64,000 nucleotides of DNA from Gekko japonicus (lineage: Eukaryota): NCBI RefSeq assembly GCF_001447785.1, contig NW_015168053.1:547308-611307 (forward strand), given 5' to 3'. Shown here one piece after another: positions 1 through 11,218 of the stretch. Position 1 is the first letter of the stretch, and every line of letters begins with the position of its first letter. The notes beneath the pieces were generated by a model. It ran no database searches, was not told where the DNA came from, and saw only the letters and a list, made by a program, of their open reading frames with translations. Made by a program: the position numbers and the translations under genes.

Positions 1-498
1 ACTTGAAACACTCTCTTTTTCTCTCTCTCTCTTTTTAACCAGCAAGTCACAGTTGACTTATAGCAAACCCATGGGGTTTTCAAGGCAAGAGACGTTCAGA
101 GGTGGTTTGTCATGACCCCGACTTCCCTGGAGGTCTCCCATACAAACACTAACCACAGCTGACCCTGCTTGGCTTCTGAGATCTAATGAGATCCCGGGAG
201 CCTGGGCTGTTCAGATCATTGGCTTTGTTTCTCTAGTACACCTTTAACCTAAAGAACCATCACCGTGGCGTGTTTTTTTTAAATCAGTGGCAAACAAGTG
301 ACTGCAGAGCAAACAGACAGAGTGTGCAGTATGCAGAACCCCACAATGTGTAGTATCTGTGCAGAGAAGCTCCAGCAGTGATCTCGGACTGAAAACAGTG
401 GAATCCTAAACAGAGTTATACCTTTCTAAGCTTGTTGACTTCAATGGACTCTGAAAGGTGTAACTTTGCTTAGGACTGCACGATAAGGGTGTTACATA

Positions 499-849
499 GG
501 TAAAGGTAAAGGTTCCCTTGCTTGAAAGCCAGTCGAATCCGACTCTAGGGTTGCGGTGCTCATCTCAGTTTCAAAGCCGAAGAGCCAGCGCTGTCCAAAG
601 ACATTTCCGTGGTCATGTGGCCGGCATGACTAAACACCGAGGCCCACGGAACGCTGTTACCTTCCTACCGAAGCGGTACCTATTTATCTACTTGCAATTT
701 CTTGCTTTCGAACTGCTAGGTTGGCAGGAGCAGGAACTAGAGACGGGAGCTCACTCCGTCATGCGGCACCCGGGTCTCGAACTGCTGAACTACCGACCTT
801 CCACAGCCTGCAGTTCAGCGTCTTAACCACTTGAGCCACCGCAGCTCAA
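499..849 (-). mobile_element. Sauria SINE
   Basis: (ACCTTT)n tail, tRNA-like head, TSD GTGTTACATA; near-identical to copies at 11219, 21796 and 62351. Confidence 0.85.
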
Positions 850-924
850 GTGTTACATACATGTCTGTCTCTATTTTCATACTGAAATATTGGAGGGTAT
901 TTCATAGTGGGGGGGGCACGGCAG

Positions 925-1100
925 CATGGTATAGCCTGATCTCATCAGATCTCAGAAGCTAAGCAGGTCGGTACTTGGAAGAGAGACCACCAAGGAAGGC
1001 TCTGCAGAGGAAGGCCATGACAGACCACCTCTGCTTCTCACTTGCCTTGAAAGCCCCTTGCTGGGGTCTCCATAAGTCAGCTGTTACTTGATGGCACTTT
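925..1100 (+). mobile_element. 5S rRNA-derived SINE (further copies near 40-217, 8140-8342, 10185-10290, 21640-22072, 26340-26482, 42110-42260, 62690-62890)
   Basis: GATCTCATCAGATCTCAGAAGCTAAGCAGG...TTGGA.G.GAGACCACC resembles the 5S internal promoter, followed by a shared GGCAAACCACCTCT/CTTGCCTTGAAA body. Confidence 0.7.
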
Positions 1101-1399
1101 AGACACACACACACTTCATAGCTTAAGCTGTCCTCTATTCAACATGGATGACTGATATAGTGAGAGTTTACTAATCAGGCCTTAAAACCTTGTTTCGGCA
1201 TAGCCGACTCTAATGCTATAGAGTTTCCTGACTGCATACTTATTGGCGATGTCTATTTTGGTGCCTAGTAATTGCCTGTTTGAGTATGGCTGCATATCAC
1301 CCATCCCACTTAACCACCCTGTGGACCTTGTTGCAACCTCACCACGTTCCTCCACCTAACTCTGCTTCCTTACACTTTCTCAGTGTCTCCTGGGCTCAC

Positions 1400-1660
1400 C
1401 TTGCGTCCACGCATCAGTGTCATTCAGCTGATTTAGACGGTATTGACAGCTCAGCTCTCCTGTGATGGTACTGAGGGCCGCTTCAGTGAGGTTGAAGCTT
1501 GCAGTGCTGCCACTTTGCCAAGCTCTGATCTCAGCAAACAGCTGCCCATCCTGGTAAAGATAGAACCAGCCTTCACTCTTGGACGGTGCTGAGCAATTCA
1601 CGCGATATCTCCCTGCAGAGTCCACCCATACCTCCTGGTAAACAGGGACTTCAGCTGCAT
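1400..1660 (-). CDS. Ig receptor Ig domain 3 exon (short, divergent)
   Basis: VWVDSAGRYRVNC...WFYLYQDG...ASFNLT...LSCQY; 261 nt; CTCTTCCAG acceptor, CAAG|GTGAG donor. Confidence 0.75.
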
Positions 1661-4600
1661 CTGGAAGAGGAGACCTGAAAGTTTATATGACTGAAATAAA
1701 AAATCTCAAGAGAAATTCAGTGGTGTTACAGGGTCCCGCCCTTTCAGGAACAAGTTTCTAGTCCTCATGGTCATACAGCTGTACTTAAAAAGAAGATTCC
1801 AGCTGCAGAGGTTTTAGGCATTATGTTGCCAAGGCTTTCACAGCCGGAGTTCATTAGTTGTAGATTTTCTAGGCTGTATGGCTGTGGTCTTGGCATTGTA
1901 GGACCTGACGTTTTGCCAGTAGCTGTGACTGGCATCCTCAGAGGTATAACACAGAAAGATGGAGTACTCTCTGTGTCAAGGTGAGAAGAAAAATGGTAGG
2001 CAGGTGATTTATATCTACTCAGGAAGGTGGGGTAGGGCTGAGTCATTATCTTGTCTCCTTTTGGAAGGAGAGCAGGCTCCTGCCACGGCTTGCACCTGCC
2101 CAACCTGGGGTTTGGGCAGCTGGCTTCTGGCAGCAGTGGTGGCTCTCACTTGCCTTGCAGAGGGTGAGAGCCACTGCTTGCATGGCCCTGGTGGCAGAGG
2201 CAGCAGAAGGGGCAGTTTGCCCAGGACTGCAGACTCATTGAGACCGCCTGGGATTGCTAACCTCCAGGTGGTGGCTGGAGATCTCCCACTATTACAACTG
2301 ATCTCCAGGTGGCAGAGATCAGTTTACCTGGAGAAAATGGCCACTTTGGAAGGTGGACTCTATGGCATTATACCTTCTCTCCTCAAACCCCACCCTCCTC
2401 AGGCTCCACCCCCCAAATCTCCAGGTATTTCCCAACCAAGAGCTGGCAACCCCAAGACTGCCCCTGAATAAAGTAAATACCGGGAAGCAGCAAGTGTGTG
2501 GAGTAAGCATGGGTAGGTCTAAAAGGTGACCGAGCCCAGTTTGATCCTTTCCTGCCTTTTTTGTACAAATGGCCAGACAGCTGGGAATTCAAACAATTCA
2601 AAATGCTACCATTACAAAAATCACAATTCTTAGCCTGGGACATTTTCGCCAAAGCTGGGCGCCTTTAATCTATGGGGCATTTTTTATTTTGATTCAGAAT
2701 GTATTCTTTGCTGCTTGCTTTTCAGGATTGACAGTTTTGGAACACTGGCAAGCACAGAGCATGCTTATGGTCTCTGCTACTTGAGGGACATCTCTGCTTT
2801 CTTGGTTACAAGAACTCTTTGGTTGCTGTTATTATTAGCTACATCCATAAACCACCTTTCTCACTGAGACTCAATGTGGATTACAAAACATAAAAGCAAT
2901 TCAATCAGACAGCAAGGGCCTCCGATAAACAATGCAGTGGGACTAGAATTACAGAGCTGGAAAACAATGCAAATGAAAGTACATAAGAGTCAGTGTTAGA
3001 AACCATACTCTATTTGAGTGGTGGCGAACCTATGGCACGGGTGCCAGAGGTGGCACTCAGAGCCCTCTCTGTGGGCACTCGTGCCATCGCCCCAGCCAGG
3101 CCCAGACCATCATTAAAGTGTCAAATTCTCTGCCAAATAATTTTAAGTAAATGAAAGCAGTTGGGATTGCTTTCCCCTTTAATCTATGGGGCATTTTTAA
3201 ATTTTGATTCAGAATGTATTCTTAGCTGTTTGCTTTTCAGGATTGACAGTTTTGGAACACGGGCAAGCACAGAGCATGCTTATGGCCTCTGCTACTTTGA
3301 GGGACACCTCTGCTTCCTTGGTTACAAGAACTCTTTGATTGCTGTTATTATTAGCTACATCTATAAACCACCTTTCTCACTGAGACTCAAGGTGGATTAC
3401 AAAACATAAGAGCAATTCAGTCAGACAGCAAGGGCCTCTGATAAACAATGCAGTGGGACTAGAATTACAACAGAACTGGAAAACAATGCAAATGAAAGTA
3501 CATAAGAGTCAGGGTTAGAAACCATACTCTGCTCCAGTGGTGGCGAACCTACAGCACAGGTGCCAGAGGTGGCACTCAGAGCCCTCTCTGTGGGCACTCG
3601 TGCCATCGCCCCAGCCAGGCCCAGATCACCATTAAAGTGTCGAATTCTCTGCCAAATAATTTTAAGTAAATGAAAGCAGTTGGGATTGCTTTCCTTACTT
3701 TGTTTGGATCATCTTAAGTTAATGTATGAGTTGTTTTTTTTAAGTAAAACCTCAGTATTCAGGTTAAATTGCCGTGTTGGCACTTTGCAATAAATAAGTG
3801 GGTTTTGGGTCACAGTTTGGGTACTCAGTCTCAAAAAGGTTCGCCATCATTGCTCTATTCTGTACCTGGATGGGCCACATCGAGAACCACTTTCCCCTGC
3901 TCCAGTCTACTTTTCCCCTCCTGCCCACATCTTCTGATGCCTCCAGTATGAGCCATTCTCAGCCTACGGCCACCATCATCCCTAGTAATGTTAGATATCC
4001 CCCACAGGGATACTATGTTATGATTGGTAATATGACTTGTAAGCCGCCCTGAGCCTACGGGGAGGGCGGGATAGAAATACAAATAATAAATAAATAAATA
4101 AATAAATAAATAAGCCTTGATCGGCTACAGGCCAACAGTGGCTGTAATTCAGCAGCATAGCATCTGCTTTGCATGCAAAAGGTCCCAGGTCCCAGTTCCC
4201 ACCATTTCATTTAAAAGGACCAGGTAGCAGGCAGGGTAAAAGCCCCAAGAGAGCTCCCAAAATAACGAAGGTCCACCCCCGAGGCAGCACAGGCCTCCCA
4301 GGCAATTCCTCACCTGTCACTCTTAGCTGGACTGGGTTGCTGGCATTGGACCAGATGAAAGGTTCCGCAATACTGTGGTAATAGCAGGTGTATCTGCCCA
4401 TGTCGGCCACGGTGACATTCTTCAAAAAGAATTCAGCAATGTAAGAATCTCCCCGGGGTGTAACCTCCATCCGGAAGTCCCTGCCTTGGTAGAGGACAAA
4501 GGCCACCCCTGGCAATGAAGCCCAGCAGCGGATTGTCCAGTCCTGCCCCACAGAGATCTCAGTGCCGGGACTTATGGCGATGAACGGCTTGGGGTAATTA

Positions 4601-7600
4601 TCTGCAGGAGGCAGGGGGAAAAATCCATCCGCTGAACATCAGATCTTGTTCTCTGCTGGCTTTCGTCTACACGCGACGCGTAGTATCATGTCCTGGCGAC
4701 GGCGGGTGCAACGCGTCTCGCCGTCCCTGCGGCAGGGATTCTGCAAAGACATGCGATCCCCCGCCGCAATTTGGCAACCCTAGGGTTTGGGGTGAGGAGG
4801 GGCCTCAGCATGGTACAATGCCATAGAGTCCACCCTTTAAAGCAGCCATTTTCTCCAGGGGAGCTGATCTCTGTCAGCCGGGGATCAGTTGTAAAAGTGG
4901 GAGACCCCTGGGCCCCACCTGGAGGCTGGTAACATTAATTTCCCGGCTCCCACCTGCAGGCAGGTAACCCTATATACATAATATATATTTTCTTGATACT
5001 TGACCTTATTTACTGGGAAGTAAACCTTACTGGTTTACATGGAAGGTAGGATTGGGGCCTTCATGCTTTTATATTCTCAGAACCTGCCCTAATCCACAGG
5101 GTTAGGCTAGCCTGGAGTAAACAAACTGACTCTCAGCCCATCAGCATATTGGTCCTAATTCTCTCCGAAACACGAAAGCACCCAGGAGACCTACTGTGGC
5201 CCCACCAGCTCTGGCATTAGGGTTGCCGCAGGGCCTGTAAAACGGAGCTGTTCCACCAGGCAGCAGTAACCATCTAGTCTGGCCTCCCCCCTGTGTTTGT
5301 TTTCTCTCCCTAGCCCACTCATTTTGTTTTTATAATATCTTAATATCCACTGTTGCACCTGATACAAAACCCCTTTGGGCTGTATTAACTGTCTTATTGT
5401 TCTGGCTGCCATCTGATACTGTTTTAATTGTTAACCTTTGTTTTAACTGTTTTATTGACATTGCTGTTACCCATCCTGAGCCTGCTCGCAGGGGAGGGCA
5501 GGCTAAAAATCAAATAAACGAAACTATTATAACTGATCTCCAGGTAGGGCTGCCAAGTGGGGGCGGGTGGCGGGTAAACCCCCGCTTTGGAGGCCCGATT
5601 TCTGCCGCCGCGGAATTGGGCCCCAGAGGAACCCCACCCCCGCGTGCGCGTCACCAGGAAGTGACGTGGGCACACTGGGGGCGGGGCCACGGCCATACAA
5701 GGGAAAACTCTATGGTTTTCCCTTGTNNNNNNNNNNNNNNNNNNNNNNNNNNNNNNNNNNNNNNNNNNNNNNNNNNNNNNNNNNNNNNNNNNNNNNNNNN
5801 NNNNNNNNNNNNNNNNNNNNNNNNNNNNNNNNNNNNNNNNNNNNNNNNNNNNNNNNNNNNNNNNNNNNNNNNNNNNNNNNNNNNNNNNNNNNNNNNNNNN
5901 NNNNNNNNNNNNNNNNNNNNNNNNNNNNNNNNNNNNNNNNNNNNNNNNNNNNNNNNNNNNNNNNNNNNNNNNNNNNNNNNNNNNNNNNNNNNNNNNNNNN
6001 NNNNNNNNNNNNNNNNNNNNNNNNNNNNNNNNNNNNNNNNNNNNNNNNNNNNNNNNNNNNNNNNNNNNNNNNNNNNNNNNNNNNNNNNNNNNNNNNNNNN
6101 NNNNNNNNNNNNNNNNNNNNNNNNNNNNNNNNNNNNNNNNNNNNNNNNNNNNNNNNNNNNNNNNNNNNNNNNNNNNNNNNNNNNNNGATTTGTTCCTGAG
6201 GAAAGACCAGAGATCTGAGACACTTAAATATCTGGAAAAAGTGTTGACTGAGAGAGAGACACAGGTTGATTGAATTTGGAGCAGACTGCTTTTTGTGAAT
6301 TTGGATAAGGATACAAGACTGTTAGAGGGATATAGATTGAGAGAGTCTGGAGCAGACTGCTATGTGAAGTTTTATTGACCTTTGTATTTTTTCTATGAAG
6401 GAATAAGTGGTTGTTTTTTATTACAAGACACTAAATGATGATATGGCTTTAATCTAGTCTCTTTCGTTATTGTATTGTTCTGTGGGCATCTAGCGCACAT
6501 CTGTATATTTTTTCATACCAGACTGTCTTGGGACTGTGTGTTATTCTTGTGAATGGAAAGAGATCAGTTCGCCTGGAGAAAATGGCCACTTTGGAAGGTG
6601 GACTCTATGGCTTTATACTCTGTTGACGTCCCATCCCTCCCCAAACCTTGCCTTCCTCAAGCTCCACTCCCCCAAATCTCCAGGTATTTCCCAACCCAAA
6701 GCTGACAACCCTATTCTTGCATCCAGGGGTCATTTCGTAGAAAAAGAGGTGCAGGAGCTCATTAGCATAACTCATTAGCATAACTTATTTGCATATGGCC
6801 ACACCCCCTGACATCACCGGAAGTGTGTCAGAAGGCAACACCCACCGCTCAGGCTCCACTGGACTGTTTTGGATTGCTAGCTATTGGGGGGGGAACGCGC
6901 AGATCTGTCCTTGCAGAGGAGGGAGAGCTTGTACCTGAATAAAACCTGGTCTTAAAGGTGCCACTGGACTGTTTTAGACCGGGGGGGGGGGGGCCTCTGC
7001 AACTTACCTGGTTGCTTCTTGCTCTGACTGAGGGTTGCTGGAAACAGGAGGTGGGGCTTGTTGCATGTGCCCGACCCCTGGGCTCTTTACTGCCGGAGCT
7101 TCGCTCCTGTGCGCTCCTGCAGGAAATGACCCCTGCTTGCAACAAGATCCCTTCCGCGTGCAACCTCTGACCCTCTTACTTCACCTGGCAAGTGACTCCT
7201 GGCTGCTCACCTTCAGTGACATTTGCAGGGTCGCTGCGTGGGGAATGAAGTGACTTCCCGGCCTCCCAGACCTGATAGCTGCAATGGAATTGTTCACTGG
7301 AGCCAGAGCTGTGGACTTTGAAGGTCACTTCAGACTCCGTGGGTATAGCTTTCTTTTCGGCCACAGGTTCTTGGCTGCCTCCCTGATACAGGGAGAACAA
7401 GCTGCCTGCGTATTCCTCTGGAGATATACATCGAAAGTGGTGCTTTCCGTCTGGAGCCCAGTGCCAGAAGATAGACGGTTTTGGGAGAGCTAGAAGAGAA
7501 AAAGGGAGGTTGGCAAACTCCAGAGATCATGGGTTCAAGATCTCCACTCTCTTGGTTCCTTCCAGGAGTGGACAGAGAAATTAAAATGGCTCCAAAGCAA

Positions 7601-9056
7601 GTCAAGCGGAGCTGCAAGCCGCTCGGCTCAGTGGGTCTGACAAGGCATGAACTCATCCGCTGCATCATCCCCCAAATGGGAAGCAGTGCAGGAGGAGACA
7701 GTTGGTGAGCTGACACAAACTGCCAGGGCCGATGAGGGATCTGGGTCAAGTCACCCCTGAGGCTTGGGCAGAGTTGCTGGGGCTTGGATCTGCTTGTTCC
7801 TGGCCCTCTAGGGCAGTGGCCTGCTGGGAAATTTCCCAGTAAGTTAAATGGCCAGTTCGCCCCCAGTTCCTTCCACCTCCTGCCTCCAGATGTTAACCTA
7901 CACAATTGAGCCGATCATAAGGTTTTCCTCAAGGTTCTAGCAATCACCAGCTAGATGTCCCTGGGAAGCCCACAGCCAGGACATAATACCCAGGCCCTGA
8001 CATTCTCCTACCTCCTTGCCCAACACACACTACTTCTAATCCTGAAGGCCGTGCATGGCTATTATATATTGGGGGGAAATGTAACATTTGGCCTGATGAC
8101 TAATTCTGGGGAACTTAAAACACTGTTATGTCTTTTTTTTAAATTGATGTTAAGTCACAGCTATGGTGACCCCATAGGATTTTCAAGGCAACAGATGTTC
8201 AGAGATGGTTTGCCATTGCCTGCCTCTGCGTAGTGACCATGGACCTCTGTGGTCGTCTCCCATCCAAATACTAACCAGGGGCTGACCCTGACTTACTTCT
8301 GAGATCTGATGATATCGGACTGGCCTGAGCTATTCAGGTCAAGGTTTCCAGATCATTAGGTTGGTCCCAATAAAATGGATTGTGTTCTTGTTTTCCTCTT
8401 CTTCTTTTCTTTTGTACCGACAGGGCTGTAAACAACGTATCCCACGGAAAGAGCTCTCTCTCCCATTATTTTTTTTATCATCCTCTTTTCCAATAATCTA
8501 AGCAGACGTCACCATATGTTGTGATAATGAGTTCTGTAAGTTAATTATGCAGTGCGAAGACGAACTTCCTTTTAAAAAAATCTCTATCCTGAATCCACCC
8601 CATCACCCATGTCAAAACTCTGAAGATGCCTTTTGACTCCCACCTTCTGTTCTGACTTGAAAAGCCTGCCACCAGCCCTGAAAATGTGGATGTCTTTGCT
8701 CCCTGGCCCTCTCTCTAAAATCACTAGCTTTCCTGTTTGTCTCCATCTGTCCCCCCCCCCACACACAAAAGACCCCAAACACTAGGCTCTTACCTAATTA
8801 ACCTGTCCTTCTAATAAACATTTTTTCTGCATGTTTACAGAGTTTGACCCTTCATTTCTTTTTCCTTTCCTTCATTTCTTTTTCCTTAAAGGAGTCTTCC
8901 ATTTCTCTTCCTGGTTTTAGATTTATCATGTCCCAAGGATTATCCCGAGGGGAAACAGAAAACCCCCAGGAGACACCTTCCTAACTATGCATGGATCTAG
9001 AGAGACAAATTGTACTCACAGATAGTAAGCAGTAAGAAGGGGAGAGTAACCGGCAT
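1400..9056 (-). CDS. LRC-type Ig-superfamily receptor at the OSCAR position (OSCAR/TARM1/CHIR-like); 3' end not identified; leader frameshifted as assembled
   Basis: Exons 9056-9020 (SP1), 8677-8644 (SP2), optional 8041-8012, 7489-7211 (Ig1), 7037-7008 (linker), 4601-4314 (Ig2), 1660-1400 (Ig3). All are GT-AG and the Ig exons are phase 1-1. PKP-x-I starts, C...F-x-LY...C-x-Y pattern, AEFFL as in OSCAR D1. Lies head-to-head with NDUFA3 like human OSCAR. Orthology not proven, so no symbol. Confidence 0.75.
2250..2452. mobile_element. Abundant TAGGGTTGCCA-TIR MITE (also about 4783-4935, 6555-6712, 11695-11912, 12312-13160, 59360-59523, 60061-60300)
   Basis: Recurrent GGGTTGCCA...GATCTCC...CCTGGAGAAAATGG...TGGCAACCC body. 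Confidence 0.7.
2662..3694. repeat. ~514-bp tandem duplication in Ig gene intron
   Basis: CCTTTAATCTATGGGGCATTTTT starts at 2662 and 3176; scattered substitutions between copies. Confidence 0.9.
3535..3852. mobile_element. hAT-type MITE (CAGTGGTGGCGAACCT TIR); partial duplicate at 3018-3175
   Basis: TIRs, imperfect 8-bp TSD CTCTGCTC/CTCTATTC; sister copy at 56162. Confidence 0.8.
4314..4601 (-). CDS. Ig receptor Ig domain 2 exon (canonical LRC C2-type)
   Basis: NYPKPFIAISPGTEISVGQDWTIRC...FVLYQ...AEFFLKNVTVADMGRYTCYY...WSNASNPVQLRVT; 288 nt phase 1-1. Confidence 0.9.
5727..6186. other. Assembly gap
   Basis: N run. Confidence 1.
7008..7037 (-). CDS. 30-nt linker micro-exon (ATLSQSKKQP)
   Basis: CCTCCTGTTTCCAG acceptor, CAG|GTAAGT donor, phase 1-1, no stop. 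Confidence 0.55.
7211..7489 (-). CDS. Ig receptor Ig domain 1 exon
   Basis: LPKPSIFWHWAPDGKHHFRC...LFSLYQ...FHCSYQ...SPRSDPANVTE; 279 nt; CTTCTAG acceptor, GAAG|GTGAG donor. Confidence 0.85.
8644..8677 (-). CDS. Ig receptor signal-peptide mini-exon (WLVAGF...), 34 nt as assembled
   Basis: TTTTCAG|GGCTGGTGGCA...AAG|GTGGGA; T+GG completes W; WLVA resembles CHIR leader WWLVAA. Confidence 0.55.
9020..9056 (-). CDS. Ig receptor exon 1, signal peptide part 1 (MPVTLPFLLLTI)
   Basis: 37-nt ATG exon, hydrophobic, ends T|GTGAGT (phase 1); typical LRC split leader. Confidence 0.75.
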
Positions 9057-9263
9057 CCTCAGAACATACAAGACGTCTTCAAATGAGAACTAAAGCATCT
9101 GGAACTCCAGGCGCATAATGCTGTTCAGGAAATGATCCATCATCAGCCACAGTGGAAATATAAAAAAGGAAAGAAAAATGGTACTTCTCTTTTTCATAAA
9201 GGCAAGTGTAAATGAATGCTGATACAAGATCCCCCCCCCTCCAATCTATTTTATCTTGGGGAC

Positions 9264-9576
9264 TGTAATGTATTCATATCCGACCGCGTGTGAGGCTAGC
9301 TCGCCACGCAGTCATGCGAAGCCTCCGAGCTTCACTCTGAGAGACAATGGTCCAAGCAGATCCTAGACAACGCCAATGATCGGAGGGCTGGGGTCCTAAC
9401 TGGGACCTAGGGAACTCTCGGCCACTGTAAATACCCTATCACAGTGGGGTGTGTGTGTGATGGGTGTGGGTATCTTACGAATAAAAGCCGGCCTGCGAGC
9501 CGGGGTTTTTTGTCTTGTTCCGAACCCTAAATAAATGTATGAGCTGAAATCACTGCCTCTTGCTCAGTACATTTCA
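9264..9576 (+). mobile_element. Solo LTR A
   Basis: TG...CA ends, 5-bp TSD GGGAC, ATAAAA at 9481, AATAAA near 9530, CpGs retained. Confidence 0.75.
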
Positions 9577-9608
9577 GGGACAAAGATCTTCAGTGTGAGT
9601 TCTGAAAC

Positions 9609-9876
9609 TGTTGTGTAGTGGGTTAGCCGCATGGAAGAATTGCTGAGACACGCATTATACACTGCACACTTTACTGGTACACAACAAGCGCACCCACCAA
9701 TGGCCGACCGGCCGCATATATACAGTCTGGGGAACCTCCCATTGGCCCATTCAAATCTCCCGCCAATGTTCCATTGGTTCCCCTAGTGGCAGGGTGCAGG
9801 AGCCTGGTCCCCATTGTTCTCCGGACTCAAGCTCCGCTGTATCGCAGGCGCCCAGTGGCGGTCCACGGACACAACA
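9609..9876 (-). mobile_element. Solo LTR B
   Basis: TGTTGTGT...ACACAACA inverted ends, 5-bp TSD GAAAC, CCAAT boxes, TATATA box, AGTAAA on minus strand. Confidence 0.8.
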
Positions 9877-10604
9877 GAAACTGGACACAAAAATTGATGA
9901 AGAGTATTTCACAGTCAGTGAACTTTAATGTCTGTAATGTGCTTTTTTACTGATGATAAGCAGCCTGGGCAGCAGGGCTCTCGGCACTATCCCAGTGCCT
10001 GGATGCAGTAATCCAGTGGTTAAGGGGGAGCTGGCGGAAGTTGAATTCATCCAAGACGGAGGTCATGTGGCTGGGAAAGACTGAAATGCTAGGTAGAGGG
10101 TCATTCCCGAGACTCAGTGGTGGGTTGGCAGCTACTACCAGCTACTAATTATTGGAGATGAAATGGGTGTGGCTAGATCTCTGCATAGCTACCCTGGACT
10201 TCCTTGGTAGTTTCTCGTCCAAATACTAACCTGGGATGACCCCGCTTAGCTTCCAAGCTCTAACGAGATCGGGCTGGCCTGGCCTCACTAGGTGGCCTTA
10301 AACAAGCTGCAACCTGTCAGCTTCCACATTACGTCTGCGACGTAACAATACTTGTCTTTCTTTGAGGGCTATTGTGAGATGCTTCAAACACGAAAAGTGT
10401 TATATACATGCTGCTTCTGCTTCTTCTTCCTCTTCTTCTTCTTCTCCTCCTCCTCCTCCTGCTGTTGTAAAGGCTGAGTTCAACCTGGAAATAGTAATAA
10501 TCAAGGCAGAGGTGCCTCAGAGTAACCAGGGTCATCCTTTACTTGCCTGGTGACGTGATGGGGCTCCTGAGGTGGAGCATGTGACTTCTGAGCTGGCCTG
10601 TAGT

Positions 10605-10823
10605 CAGGACCGGCCCCAGCTTATTTTGGACCCTAGGCGAGGATCCCTTCTGCCCCCCCCATGCGCCCACCATTTTTCAAAAATAAATGCATTTTAGGAA
10701 GAATGTAAAACACAAATAATCAAGAAACTCCCAGAGTACGGGGGCCGGGTGCAGCTTGGCGCCCCTAAGGGCCGGCCTGCTCTAGGAGATCGCCTAGTTC
10801 GCCTAGTGAGTGAGCCGGCCCTG
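10605..10823. mobile_element. hAT MITE (CAGGGCCGG TIR); longer relative at 12411-12840
   Basis: TSD CCTGTAGT. Confidence 0.8.
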
Positions 10824-11218
10824 CCTGTAGTCAGACTCCAGGCCTTTCGGACATTAACAGTCTCCAGATCCTGCTAAATTACAAATTTCATTCTACAGCG
10901 ATATCCCAGAGCCAAGCAGAACAGAATATTTTTATCCAACAGTCCAGTTCTTTTGAAGGGGAACTGAACATGATGTGTCCTCTTTATGTCAAGACTGGAC
11001 AACCGAACAAGCTTCCTTCCCTTAAGAGCTTGAAAAAAGTCCCTAATGACTCAAAGGAAGCAGCTGCTAGACTGTATGTGCATATGTGTGTGACAGAAAG
11101 AGTGATTGTGTCCCCTTTGGATTGGGGGTGGGGTGGGGAGATGGAAACGTGGTTCTTTGGAAAGACCATGGATCCTAAGGAGTTAACTGCAGAGGAGTTC
11201 AGAGGATAATTTTGAAAA

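Noticed and set aside
279-388. Possible hydrophobic terminal exon of the Ig receptor (VRDHCWSF...ILHIVGFCILHTLSVCSAVTCLPLI*)
   Set aside because: Acceptor abuts a palindromic MITE (about 396-482), there is no LRC-type TM signature and no polyA signal; cannot be supported without cDNA.
518-826. Recurrent [15 protein letters not shown] (also 11241, 21817, 62469)
   Set aside because: Antisense reading of Sauria SINE copies, not a gene family.
925-1000. 5S rRNA-like sequence
   Set aside because: Diverged, incomplete and fused to a SINE body; multiple dispersed copies.
5397-6223. Long ORFs
   Set aside because: Artefacts of the N gap.
8012-9056. TGA formed by direct exon 1 to 8041 splicing (readthrough/Sec idea)
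   Set aside because: The intervening SP2 exon at 8644-8677 explains the junction; no SECIS evidence.
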